Below are positions 1 through 8,986 of a stretch of DNA of 32,692 nt, one piece after another (the stretch's first letter is position 1; each line of letters opens with the position of its first letter). This DNA is from Thermoplasmatota archaeon (GTDB lineage: Archaea; Thermoplasmatota; Penumbrarchaeia; Penumbrarchaeales; Penumbrarchaeaceae), in assembly GCA_965234725.1 (NCBI GenBank), contig CBDDUX010000073.1:1-32692 (forward strand), written 5' to 3'. The position numbers and the translations under genes are program-made. Below the pieces are notes generated by a model, which searched no databases, was not told where the DNA came from, and saw only the letters and a program-made list of their open reading frames with translations.

Positions 1-6
1 ATTGAT

Positions 7-750
7 CTAAAGAGCCGTTAGGCTCGAGCATTCCGTAGGAATGCTTTTTTTGTTTATGATCTCAATTGCTTTTTCATCCCCTTTGTGATATCTTTCAAAG
101 ACCTCTGCTGTGGATATGTTCGCCCCATACTGGGTCTGAATTGCGGTTCCGGAAGCAACTGCCTCCAGGTCACAGATATTACCACAACCACAGGTGGGAC
201 CTGTCAGCCCAAGGAATATATGGCCCCCATGGGGAGCATTACCATTCTTACCCCTAATCAATCTTCCATCCACGAAAGCCCCTGTACCAATCCCTGTGCT
301 CCATGTGACATAAAGAATGTTGTTTCGTCCAATGCCATGACCGAAGGTTCTTTCAGCAACAGCTCCGGCCACAGCATCGTTTTCAATGATCATATTCGAA
401 TAGTATTTTCTTAGCTCCTTTTCCAGAGGTACTGAAATCCATTGATTGGGAAGGACTCCTCTCTCGGGAGCCATGCCACCGCAAATATTGGGTGACACCA
501 GCTCGATCATTCCTTCTTTCTTCCTGAAAGGGCCAGCGGAGCTGATACCAACTGCCAAGATCCTCTCGGATCTCAGTCCGGAAGCGATCAAGCATCTATC
601 TATCAATGTCCTGACCTGCAAAGGTATGGAGTTGGGATCCCCCTCCAGATCCACTCTTTGTTGTGTATGGACAATAATACCATCTTTATTGGAGAGTGCA
701 GCAGCGATCTTGGTGGCACCGATATCTATCGATGCAATGATCTCATCCAT
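7..750 (-). CDS. glk: ROK-family sugar kinase (glucokinase), C-terminally truncated/chimeric
   Basis: N-terminal IDIGATK ATP-binding motif, ENDA, TWSTGIGTG, and the Zn-binding GH...CGCGNICDLE ROK signature. Only 247 aa; similarity ends at about AIEIINK and the usual last ~70 aa are absent. Confidence 0.85.
   Translation of the reverse strand: MDEIIASIDIGATKIAAALSNKDGIIVHTQQRVDLEGDPNSIPLQVRTLIDRCLIASGLRSERILAVGISSAGPFRKKEGMIELVSPNICGGMAPERGVLPNQWISVPLEKELRKYYSNMIIENDAVAGAVAERTFGHGIGRNNILYVTWSTGIGTGAFVDGRLIRGKNGNAPHGGHIFLGLTGPTCGCGNICDLEAVASGTAIQTQYGANISTAEVFERYHKGDEKAIEIINKKSIPTECSSLTAL
27..51 (+). terminator. Intrinsic-terminator-like hairpin followed by a T-tract
   Basis: AGCATTCC-GTA-GGAATGCT is a perfect 8-bp stem running into 7 T (45-51). 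A second hairpin, GAGCC-GTTA-GGCTC, precedes it at 12-25. Confidence 0.5.
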
Positions 751-820
751 TTTTCATCCTCCAGGATCATAGAATATTGAAGCAGATGTAAAGCAGATTA
801 ATTATTTTGATCGGTCGCCC

Positions 821-2032
821 TCATTTTCTAATCAATTGAGAAAAGAGGTCAAGGTAATCGGACATAAGTCTGGTTATCAGAAAATTCTTCCTCACATGAT
901 CCTTACCCTTTCTTCCCATCCGGTCCCGCAGGTCGGCATCCTTTAGAAGAGTGACTATTCTTTCCACAAAGCAGTCTTCATCCTTCGGATCGCATAAGAA
1001 TCCGTTCTCACCATCGATCACCTGGAGTGGAATTCCTCCTACGTTGGAAGTCACTACGGGTGTACCCTTCCATAGTGCTTCAGAAACGGTAAGTCCGAAT
1101 CCTTCCCTGATGGATTTCTGTATTACTACCTGTGAGATCCTCTGCAATGAGTTAACGAATAATTCCCCTGCGTTTACTACAAATATCACATCACCTGAAT
1201 CGATCAGGTCCTTTGCTTTTTCTTCAACCTTTTTGAATATATCCCATCCCTCGGGATCGTCAGAGGCCATACTTCCGCAGAGTACAAGACGACAATCGAA
1301 CCTCTTCTTCACTTTCCTGAAGACATCTATAACTCCCTCAGGGTCCTTCCATATATCAAAACGGGATATCTGGGAGATAATGGGCTTGTCCAGCGGAATA
1401 TTGTGATCGGCCATCTCCTGTCTTATCCGATCATCATCAAGGTCAATATTCTTCTCCGTTATCGGATCTATTGCGGGATGTATGATCACATCATCGATCT
1501 GGAGGTCCTCCTTCCTATAAGCTTCGTTTGAAATGATCATCTTGTCGTATCTCATGATATATTCCTTCACGAACTCCCATAGGTCCTGGTTCGGTCGGGT
1601 TATGTCGATATGGAGCCTCCAGATCCAGGGTTGTTTCTTCTCCACATAAGCGATCAAGGGAAGGGGTTGAGGATCGTGTATCACCACAACATCATAATCG
1701 AAATCATTGTAAGATGCAAATTCCTCATTGGTACTTAGATAGAGCTCCTTGACCCTATCGGTCAACTCGATATCGCCTCCCTGGAGTGCATTGTGGAAAC
1801 TCTTTGTCACCTCGAAGAATTCCTGGAAACCTTTGAGGATCTTCCAATCAATATGGACTCCCATATTGTTCAATATTGGAACCATTGAGTTCAACATCTC
1901 GGCGACACCGCCACCATCAGAGGTTGTGTTCACCATGAGATATTTACGGCCTTCATGTGATTTGGCCTTCTCGATCAATTCGTCTATCTGCCTGTCACCT
2001 ATGACTTTCCTGTAATGTTCGATGTCGATCAT
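821..2032 (-). CDS. treT: Trehalose synthase TreT (GT4 glycosyltransferase)
   Basis: VNTTSDGGGVAEML, IHDPQP, WIWRLHID, QISRFDIWKDP and QKSIREGFGLTVSEALWKG are motifs typical of TreT. It lies next to the T6P synthase gene. Confidence 0.88.
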   Translation of the reverse strand: MIDIEHYRKVIGDRQIDELIEKAKSHEGRKYLMVNTTSDGGGVAEMLNSMVPILNNMGVHIDWKILKGFQEFFEVTKSFHNALQGGDIELTDRVKELYLSTNEEFASYNDFDYDVVVIHDPQPLPLIAYVEKKQPWIWRLHIDITRPNQDLWEFVKEYIMRYDKMIISNEAYRKEDLQIDDVIIHPAIDPITEKNIDLDDDRIRQEMADHNIPLDKPIISQISRFDIWKDPEGVIDVFRKVKKRFDCRLVLCGSMASDDPEGWDIFKKVEEKAKDLIDSGDVIFVVNAGELFVNSLQRISQVVIQKSIREGFGLTVSEALWKGTPVVTSNVGGIPLQVIDGENGFLCDPKDEDCFVERIVTLLKDADLRDRMGRKGKDHVRKNFLITRLMSDYLDLFSQLIRK

Positions 2033-2129
2033 GGAGGATCACAGCCGCTCTGACCAGGGAAAATTTGAATTGATTAAAACCTTTGCACTGATTTCTTCTA
2101 ATGGCTGCTGACGTATACAATATCTAAAA

Positions 2130-4313
2130 CTAATGGGTTGCCAGTTTAGAGATCAGTTCTCTCGCCTCATCAACGTTCTTCAAATTGAATCTGGCTTTGG
2201 AGACCTTGTATCCTACTTTTATTGAATAACCACTTTTTGGGAGTTCCCCGAACATATCCTCATCTGTCCAGTCATCCCCGATCGCCATCATGAAATCCCA
2301 TTTCCCGCTGTCTAACCATTTCTTGATGGCCTTTCCTTTGTTGATCCCCATGTTTTTGATCTCAATGACCTTATTTCCGTTCAGGATACCCACATTAAGA
2401 TTTGAGACCATGTTATGTATGGTTTCCTTCATTTCACTAATCTGAGCTTGTGCCTGATTTTGGTCGGCTCTTCTGTAATGCCAAGCAAGAGAGTAACCTT
2501 TCTCTTCAACAAATGCGCCTGGAGTTTTTATAACATAGGACTCCAGAACAGGTCTTATCTTCTCCTTCCAGGAGTCCTCAAGCTGTTCCCTCATCATCCA
2601 ATTCCCACCTTTAGGTCTGATCCAAACTCCATGCTCGGCCACTATGTTGAGATCCATTCCACCGAACCACTCGTTCAATGTATCGCGGTCCCTTCCACTG
2701 ACAATTATCAATTCCGTTCCTTTTTTATTGGTCAGGGAGGTGAGGTCCAAGATCAGTTCTTTATCCGGGACGGCTTCACCTGGGAGTTTCCTGAATTTGG
2801 TCAGCGTCCCATCATAGTCAAGCATTAACAATCGTTTCCCTGCGGAATCATAGTCATTGATCAATTTCTTTACTATTTGGCCATCCATTTTCTGGAAACT
2901 GCTCTTAATCTGCATGTCCTTAACCTGTTGTAGCTCGGAAAAAAAATCAGATGCCCATTTGTCGACATCATATTTTCTTATGCGATCCCTCATGATCCTG
3001 TTGCTTCTGATCTGCTTCTTTTCAGGCATCTCAAGTGCTTCATATATTGCATCTGCAATTTCTTCAATATTGTTTGGATTGACATGAAGCGCTTCTCCCA
3101 GCTCCTTTGCTGCGCCTGCCAGTTCCGAGAGGATAAGAACACCTTTGTGATCTGATTTTGATACGATATATTCCTTTGCGATCAGGTTCATACCATCTCT
3201 AAGTGGGGTAATGAGGGCCACATCTGCCGAACAGTAAAGGGCCAGTAGTTGATTCTGTGGAATACTCTGGAAGATATACCAGATGGGTACCCATCCCAGT
3301 TTTGTATATTTCCCGTTGACCTCACCTACAAGCTGTTCGACTTCCAATTTGAGGTCATGATATGTATCGACTCCGATCCTTGATGGACTTGCCACATTGA
3401 TCAATGTGACCTTCTCATGATATTTCGGATATTTTTCAAGGAACCGGCCGTAAGCTCTGATCCTTTGTGGGATCCCTTTGGTATAATCCATCCTATCTAT
3501 TGACATTATTATCTTTCTATTCTCCACTGTTCTAAGAATATCCTGTTTTTCCTTCATGACCTTGGGAGACTTAGGAGAATTGGAGAAGTATTCGAAATCG
3601 ATGCTTATCGGAAAGGAGCTCACCTTCACAGTGCGGGATCCAACCTCTATGTAACCCAGAGAATTTTCATGACCCAGAAGTCGTCTGACGCTACTGATGA
3701 AATGGAGAACATAATCGTATGTGTGGAATCCGATCAGGTCTGCTCCCATGATCCCCCTGAGGATCTCGTTCCTCCATGGAAGGATCCTGAAGACCTCAGA
3801 AGAGGGGAATGGGATGTGGAGGAAGAAACCGATCGAAAGTTCAGGCATCTTCTGTCTCAGCAACCTGGGAAGAAGAAAAAGATGGTAATCATGGATCCAT
3901 ACAGTATCATCTTTTTCTACTATCTTCATGATCTCCTCAGCAAATGATTCATTGACCCTTTGATAAGACTCCCAATCCTCCTGGTTCATCTTTGTTTGGG
4001 TGATGAAATAATGAAAAAGAGGCCATATGGTCTTGTTTGAGAAACCTTCGTAATAACTCTCAATATCAGCTTCAGAGAGAAAGACCCCTCTGCATCTTTG
4101 CTCTGTCAGTCCTGACCTTACCTGATCGATATCCTTCTCATCCAGACCATCTAAAGTGATGCCAGTCCATCCTACCCAGATAGAATTGAAATCCTTGTAA
4201 AATGATGAAAGGGCTGTAGCCAAACCCCCAATACTTGGGGTTATCTCGAAACCATTTTTTCCTTTAGTAAGATTGATGGGTAGTCTATTGGATACCAGTA
4301 TCAATTTTCCCAT
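2130..4313 (-). CDS. otsAB: Bifunctional trehalose-6-phosphate synthase/phosphatase (OtsA-OtsB fusion, TPSP)
   Basis: GT20 motifs VSNRLP, GGLATA, WIHDYHL, FLHIPFP, DRMDYTKG and LRDGMNLIAKEY, followed by a HAD domain with LDYDGTL and GDDWTDE. Confidence 0.95.
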   Translation of the reverse strand: MGKLILVSNRLPINLTKGKNGFEITPSIGGLATALSSFYKDFNSIWVGWTGITLDGLDEKDIDQVRSGLTEQRCRGVFLSEADIESYYEGFSNKTIWPLFHYFITQTKMNQEDWESYQRVNESFAEEIMKIVEKDDTVWIHDYHLFLLPRLLRQKMPELSIGFFLHIPFPSSEVFRILPWRNEILRGIMGADLIGFHTYDYVLHFISSVRRLLGHENSLGYIEVGSRTVKVSSFPISIDFEYFSNSPKSPKVMKEKQDILRTVENRKIIMSIDRMDYTKGIPQRIRAYGRFLEKYPKYHEKVTLINVASPSRIGVDTYHDLKLEVEQLVGEVNGKYTKLGWVPIWYIFQSIPQNQLLALYCSADVALITPLRDGMNLIAKEYIVSKSDHKGVLILSELAGAAKELGEALHVNPNNIEEIADAIYEALEMPEKKQIRSNRIMRDRIRKYDVDKWASDFFSELQQVKDMQIKSSFQKMDGQIVKKLINDYDSAGKRLLMLDYDGTLTKFRKLPGEAVPDKELILDLTSLTNKKGTELIIVSGRDRDTLNEWFGGMDLNIVAEHGVWIRPKGGNWMMREQLEDSWKEKIRPVLESYVIKTPGAFVEEKGYSLAWHYRRADQNQAQAQISEMKETIHNMVSNLNVGILNGNKVIEIKNMGINKGKAIKKWLDSGKWDFMMAIGDDWTDEDMFGELPKSGYSIKVGYKVSKARFNLKNVDEARELISKLATH

Positions 4314-4551
4314 TTCAGATCTCCTTGATAAAAGATATGGACCGGATGCATTTGGATCATATATTATTGTTTTATTACAATGAATGTAATGATGTTAGTA
4401 TTTTACCATGATCAATGATGTTGCAAAGGTTATGAATTTAGAAGGAATATGATTTTCGGTCTAAACATTTCAAACCTGATATTAAATTGTTCATTTCTTT
4501 CATTCCCATCCAGGGAACTTATTTTTATCATATCATACCCTTTCCTTTCAT

Positions 4552-4770
4552 ATGTTGGGGACCTTGGAGCTCATTCTAACCATACTCCTCCTGTTCTTCT
4601 CGATATCTGCTGTGCTGTGGGGAGTTTATGGGATAGTCTTTAGGATAGTTAGGTCCATAAAAGATTCTGTAGGGTTCCTTGAGGTCGAAACACCATTTGG
4701 GTATAACATTGCCTTCTGGATCATTGTGATACCATTAATCATACTGAGTGTCCTGTTAATGCTGCTTTGA
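4552..4770 (+). CDS. Small hypothetical membrane protein (2 TM)
   Basis: 72-aa ORF with two clear hydrophobic segments. It fills the gap, does not overlap neighbours, and has an AT-rich TATA-like stretch upstream. Confidence 0.55.
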   Translation: MLGTLELILTILLLFFSISAVLWGVYGIVFRIVRSIKDSVGFLEVETPFGYNIAFWIIVIPLIILSVLLMLL

Positions 4771-4778
4771 AGATAGCA

Positions 4779-5792
4779 TCATCCGGGAGGCCCTCTTGGG
4801 ACCTTTCCAGGGGCTCTGCCTTTCTTTCTCTTTTTTGCAACATTGTTTTTCTCTCTTGTTCCCCTTGTGACCAGCCAGATGACCAGGATAATTATGATCA
4901 CAAAAGAAAAGAGAGGGAGTAACAGGATCACCATGTAGAAACACATGAAGCCTGCAAAGATCCCCAACATGATCCTCTCATTTGGGAAATCCTCTTCAAC
5001 ATTTACCTCGATCTCATATTCCCCCTCCCCCCATATCACAAGGTAGACCATTTCCTCATCATAATATGAGACCACACTCTCTTCCAGGGTGGCTCGGTCA
5101 CCGATCCCTGTCAGGCTTGTTTCTTCCACCTTTTCATCCTTATCGAGGTCCAACCCGGCATATAATGTTCCGTTTCCGGGATCTGTCCTCTTGATCTTCA
5201 CGGTAACGATACCATCAACATCGATCGGGATCTCAAATCTATCCACATCGGAATACTCCAGATACCCGTATTCCAGTTCGAAGACCCTTCCGCTCAATTC
5301 ATCACCGCTTTCCAGGAGGTCCGGTTCATCCTCGAAACCGGGAGCATCGTAAGGATCCTCGGTTTCCTCGAAGAGGACCTCAACCTCGAAGGAACCTGTC
5401 CCGGAAATGGCTATGAAGAAGGAATCCACACTCTCCTTGTTCACAAGGAGGCCCCTTGTTATCTCACCAGCGATCGTGAGTTCTTCATATCCCTGGTCTT
5501 GAACACCTTCAGGGATGATCCTCTGTCTTTCGGAATCGAACACATCCACCCTGATAGGACCTGGGCCGATATCCGTCTTCTTGATCGAGTAGAAGACCAC
5601 AACATCGGCAGGCACATCCACCTTGAAAATATCGGGATCACCAACACCTGTATTAGTGACAGCACCCAGTATGGTCCCCTCGCCGATCATTTGGGGATCA
5701 TCCATGGAATCGTTGGGTTCCGTCTCTTCCAGAGCCAAGGCACTGCCTGCGAGCAAACAGATCGTTATCAACAGTATCATAACCGACCTCAT
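4779..5792 (-). CDS. Secreted, C-terminally membrane-anchored protein with PPC-like (E-x-E-P-N-D) beta-sandwich domains
   Basis: Start placed at MRSVMILL (5792), after a GAGGTTGA SD and the upstream stop. Signal peptide ...GSALA, then ETEPNDSMDDP, DPDIFKV and DVDRFEI repeats, an acidic ectodomain, a long TM segment and a basic tail. Confidence 0.75.
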   Translation of the reverse strand: MRSVMILLITICLLAGSALALEETEPNDSMDDPQMIGEGTILGAVTNTGVGDPDIFKVDVPADVVVFYSIKKTDIGPGPIRVDVFDSERQRIIPEGVQDQGYEELTIAGEITRGLLVNKESVDSFFIAISGTGSFEVEVLFEETEDPYDAPGFEDEPDLLESGDELSGRVFELEYGYLEYSDVDRFEIPIDVDGIVTVKIKRTDPGNGTLYAGLDLDKDEKVEETSLTGIGDRATLEESVVSYYDEEMVYLVIWGEGEYEIEVNVEEDFPNERIMLGIFAGFMCFYMVILLLPLFSFVIIIILVIWLVTRGTREKNNVAKKRKKGRAPGKVPRGPPG

Positions 5793-5796
5793 GGTA

Positions 5797-6048
5797 TCAA
5801 CCTCTGACGAATCTGATCTTCCCCGTGTCATCACCGCTAATGAATTCTTTATCGGGATCATTCACATATGTTCTAGTGAGGGTTCCGCAGTCCATGCATA
5901 TATCACAGAAAAGATTCGAACCTGCTGAGAATATGCCGAAGGGGCCTTTGACCCTGGGTCCAAGAGAATGATTTTCAGATGTTCTGATCTCCACACCTTT
6001 CTGTATGCTGCTTCCACCACAGTGGAGACAGAGGTCCTTTTCCCTCAT
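5797..6048 (-). CDS. Small zinc-ribbon protein
   Basis: CLHCG...ICMDCG double CxxC, with a purine-rich SD (GGAGAGGAG) upstream. Confidence 0.7.
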   Translation of the reverse strand: MREKDLCLHCGGSSIQKGVEIRTSENHSLGPRVKGPFGIFSAGSNLFCDICMDCGTLTRTYVNDPDKEFISGDDTGKIRFVRG

Positions 6049-6209
6049 CCTTCTCCTCTCCTTGATCCTATATAGATATCGATCAACCGCTACTTCTTAA
6101 TTTCCAGGTAAAGGTCGTTGATCTTGATCGATTGATGTCTGCTCATGTGAAAGGAGGAGAGGGATATCTGTACGAATATCCTAAATATTCATTATATGTT
6201 TGTGTGACA

Positions 6210-6416
6210 ATGAACAGGAGATTCACGACCTGGGGAATTTCGCTCATCGTTCTCACTTTCCTCTTTCCCCTGCTCTTCTTCATACTTTCTCTTATCAGGT
6301 TCGATCTGATCGAGGGGCTTTTACTCGGTATCGATTGGTTCTGCTGTATCGGCTGGTCAGCCCTATTGCTGATAATCGGTCTATTCCTTCTCATTATCGG
6401 GATCAGGACCGATTAG
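6210..6416 (+). CDS. Small hypothetical membrane protein (2 TM, CC motif)
   Basis: Begins MNRRFTTWG with a positively charged N-terminus, then two hydrophobic helices and WFCCIGW. AT-rich promoter-like sequence lies ~25 nt upstream. Confidence 0.6.
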   Translation: MNRRFTTWGISLIVLTFLFPLLFFILSLIRFDLIEGLLLGIDWFCCIGWSALLLIIGLFLLIIGIRTD

Positions 6417-6418
6417 TT

Positions 6419-8806
6419 CTATTTTGGATCCCTCTTGGTAAGCCTTACAACACCGAAGATCACGATCAGGGCAACAGCGAATATCACAATTATCAGAAAT
6501 ATCGAACCTGGGCCGATCCCATTGTCATTTCCCACAGCTTCGGTCACTCCTGAAGGGGCCTGGACAGTGAAGATAATTGTTGAGCTTGAGGACCTCCCTT
6601 CCGAATCAACAGCAGTTACATCTATCTCATAAGTGCCTTTCTTCAGGTCCTTGACGGGGGGTAATTTTCCGGTGTAGATGCTGTCACCATTCTCCTGATC
6701 GGGGTGTTTTCCATCATCCAACAGGTTCAGATCATCGTTCTCTCCTATTGACGATAGATCGGCATGGACAGAAACGATCGGTGAATCCATTCTGACCACC
6801 CTTGCCGTTATCAGGACATCGACATTGGATGTCCCCTCCCTGATACTGTTCGGATCCAGGGAGAGCCGGTCTATGAACGGGGAACTCCCACCTGGTCCTT
6901 TGATCACCTGTATTCTCAAGGTCTCCGAATCCTTACCACCGAACGGATCGGATACAACAACTTCAATTGTGACCGTCCCCACTATATCTGGTGCTCTTAG
7001 ATCGACTTCACCACCGGATCCGATGATCTCCCCTGAGGTTGAGCTCCACTCATATGTTAGAGGATCATTGTCGGGATCCGTCACGTCCACATGGATCTCC
7101 GCAGTCCCACCCACCTGGACCTCTTCTGGTATGGAATAGAGATCCTCGATGAGTGGTGGTCGGTTAGGTTCTCCCTCCTCTACCTCCACATTGACATCCG
7201 CAGTATCTGAGGCGCCCATGGGGTCCGTTGCAGTGAACGTGATCGTATATGTTCCGGGCTCCGTTGGAGCGTTAAATGAATATTCAGGATAGGATCCTGA
7301 TATGGACCCGCTGTCCGCTGAAATATCATAAGAGAGAATGTCCTCATCAGGATCGTAAGCATCCGCATTGACCGTACATACCGATCCGACAGTGGTCCTT
7401 GATGGAACCACTTCCAGCGACCTTATGACCGGTGGGGAATTCGTCTCTATGTAATCCTTCGCAGCCCTGACCGCTTCGAACGTATCGAGTATACCGTATC
7501 CAAAATGAACATTGTACTTTTCGGAAAGCGAAACATCATACGGATCTCCCCTGGCCTCTGCAGTATTGTGAAGTATGGTCCTTACCGGGTTCCTGCCGGG
7601 GCCTGGTCTTATCATGGGATTCGCCTGCAGCATCAAGGCCACTGCTCCGGATACGTGTGGTGTAGCGAACGAGGTTCCGGACGAAGGCACCCATCCAACA
7701 ACTGGTCCGGGGGAATCCTTGTCCCTTGCTTCTGCAACCATAATGTCTACAGCTGGTGCTGATATATCCGGTTTCAACTCGTCATAGGGATCCTCATCAC
7801 CGTCATCGGTCCTTGGGCCCCAGGTAGATTGCGGCCAGAACTCATCATCAGACCTGTCGACCGTATCCATATCGTCGGTCCCGCCAACGATTATCGAGTC
7901 ATCGGACCAGTAATTGGGACCGTTGGGGTCCGCCTCGAAAGGCTGTCCGGAATTCGTGGCCGCTGATACGACAGGCATACCGTTCTCAACGCAAGTGGTC
8001 ACCAATTGATGGACGGGTCCGTCCGGATTCCCCAATCCAGCTGAGATCGAAATGACGTCAATTCCAGAGTAACCGTTTCCCCAATCCGTATCCTTGTTAT
8101 CTATACACCATTCCAGGGCCGCTGCAATGGGATTCTCGAATGTCGGCCCTAGCATACGGATCCTGAGGTCTATCAGTCCCGCTTCGGGAGCAATGCCCAC
8201 ATTGGTAGGGTCCCCTACGGAATCACCTTTTCCTAATGCTACCGAGGCAACTCCGGTCCCATGCCCATCCAGATCATCGGGGTCCACAGACCCATCTCTT
8301 GGATTTAGAGGAGATTCGGGTGAGGTGAAATCAGCTCCTGCAACGAACGAACCTATGAAGGTCGGATGATTGCTGTTGTCCACTCCGGAATCGATTATTG
8401 CGATGGTCATACCTTCGCCCCTGTAACCAAGATCGTGAGCGGTATCGGGGGAGTATTCCATGGATGGGACCGCTTTGACATCCTTTGCGGAAATGTCCAG
8501 GGAATTCTCGACCGAGAATTCCTTCACGATCCTTTCCACGCCAGGTATGGCCAGGATACTCTGGTAATCCCTTGGAGAACCTATCACGACCTCTTGATAT
8601 GGGACATATTTCAACGGCTCTCCCATCTCTATATCCATCTTCCTGAGCTGATCACGTATTCCCTCCATCTCAAAGGATCCTTCACCTATGACGAAGAACT
8701 TGCCTCCTTTCCGTTCAATAGCATCCAATTGCCCGATGGAAAGAAATCCGGCAGATATAATTATCAAAGAAAGCAACATAGTAGAGAGTGCATAACACCT
8801 TTTCAT
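6419..8806 (-). CDS. Membrane-anchored S8 (subtilisin-like) serine peptidase with Ig/PKD-like repeats
   Basis: Signal peptide; catalytic triad IAIIDSG, DGHGTGVAS, GTSFATPHVSG; oxyanion Asn in AATNSG; two N-x-PP-x-I...DPD-x-D-x-L-x-Y repeats; LLDDG..PD...GD.IYTG domain; C-terminal TM followed by KRDPK. Confidence 0.93.
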   Translation of the reverse strand: MKRCYALSTMLLSLIIISAGFLSIGQLDAIERKGGKFFVIGEGSFEMEGIRDQLRKMDIEMGEPLKYVPYQEVVIGSPRDYQSILAIPGVERIVKEFSVENSLDISAKDVKAVPSMEYSPDTAHDLGYRGEGMTIAIIDSGVDNSNHPTFIGSFVAGADFTSPESPLNPRDGSVDPDDLDGHGTGVASVALGKGDSVGDPTNVGIAPEAGLIDLRIRMLGPTFENPIAAALEWCIDNKDTDWGNGYSGIDVISISAGLGNPDGPVHQLVTTCVENGMPVVSAATNSGQPFEADPNGPNYWSDDSIIVGGTDDMDTVDRSDDEFWPQSTWGPRTDDGDEDPYDELKPDISAPAVDIMVAEARDKDSPGPVVGWVPSSGTSFATPHVSGAVALMLQANPMIRPGPGRNPVRTILHNTAEARGDPYDVSLSEKYNVHFGYGILDTFEAVRAAKDYIETNSPPVIRSLEVVPSRTTVGSVCTVNADAYDPDEDILSYDISADSGSISGSYPEYSFNAPTEPGTYTITFTATDPMGASDTADVNVEVEEGEPNRPPLIEDLYSIPEEVQVGGTAEIHVDVTDPDNDPLTYEWSSTSGEIIGSGGEVDLRAPDIVGTVTIEVVVSDPFGGKDSETLRIQVIKGPGGSSPFIDRLSLDPNSIREGTSNVDVLITARVVRMDSPIVSVHADLSSIGENDDLNLLDDGKHPDQENGDSIYTGKLPPVKDLKKGTYEIDVTAVDSEGRSSSSTIIFTVQAPSGVTEAVGNDNGIGPGSIFLIIVIFAVALIVIFGVVRLTKRDPK

Positions 8807-8986
8807 ATGATCCACCCCAATATAGTTCTCCTCTCGCAATAAAAAACCTTTGATTCCCCAATGAAAACATCCACCTCAGAAATCGATAATGAGATGGAAA
8901 TCTTTTATTATTCATATCCGACTGATAAATGGAATATACTCTGGGGGAGCTTCAAATTGAAAAGTAAATCCCTTCCCGAGAGGAAA

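Noticed and set aside
4388..4480. Possible C/D-box sRNA (ATGATGT ... CTGA)
   Set aside because: The C box is imperfect, there is no convincing D'/C' pair or terminal stem, and the background is AT-rich.
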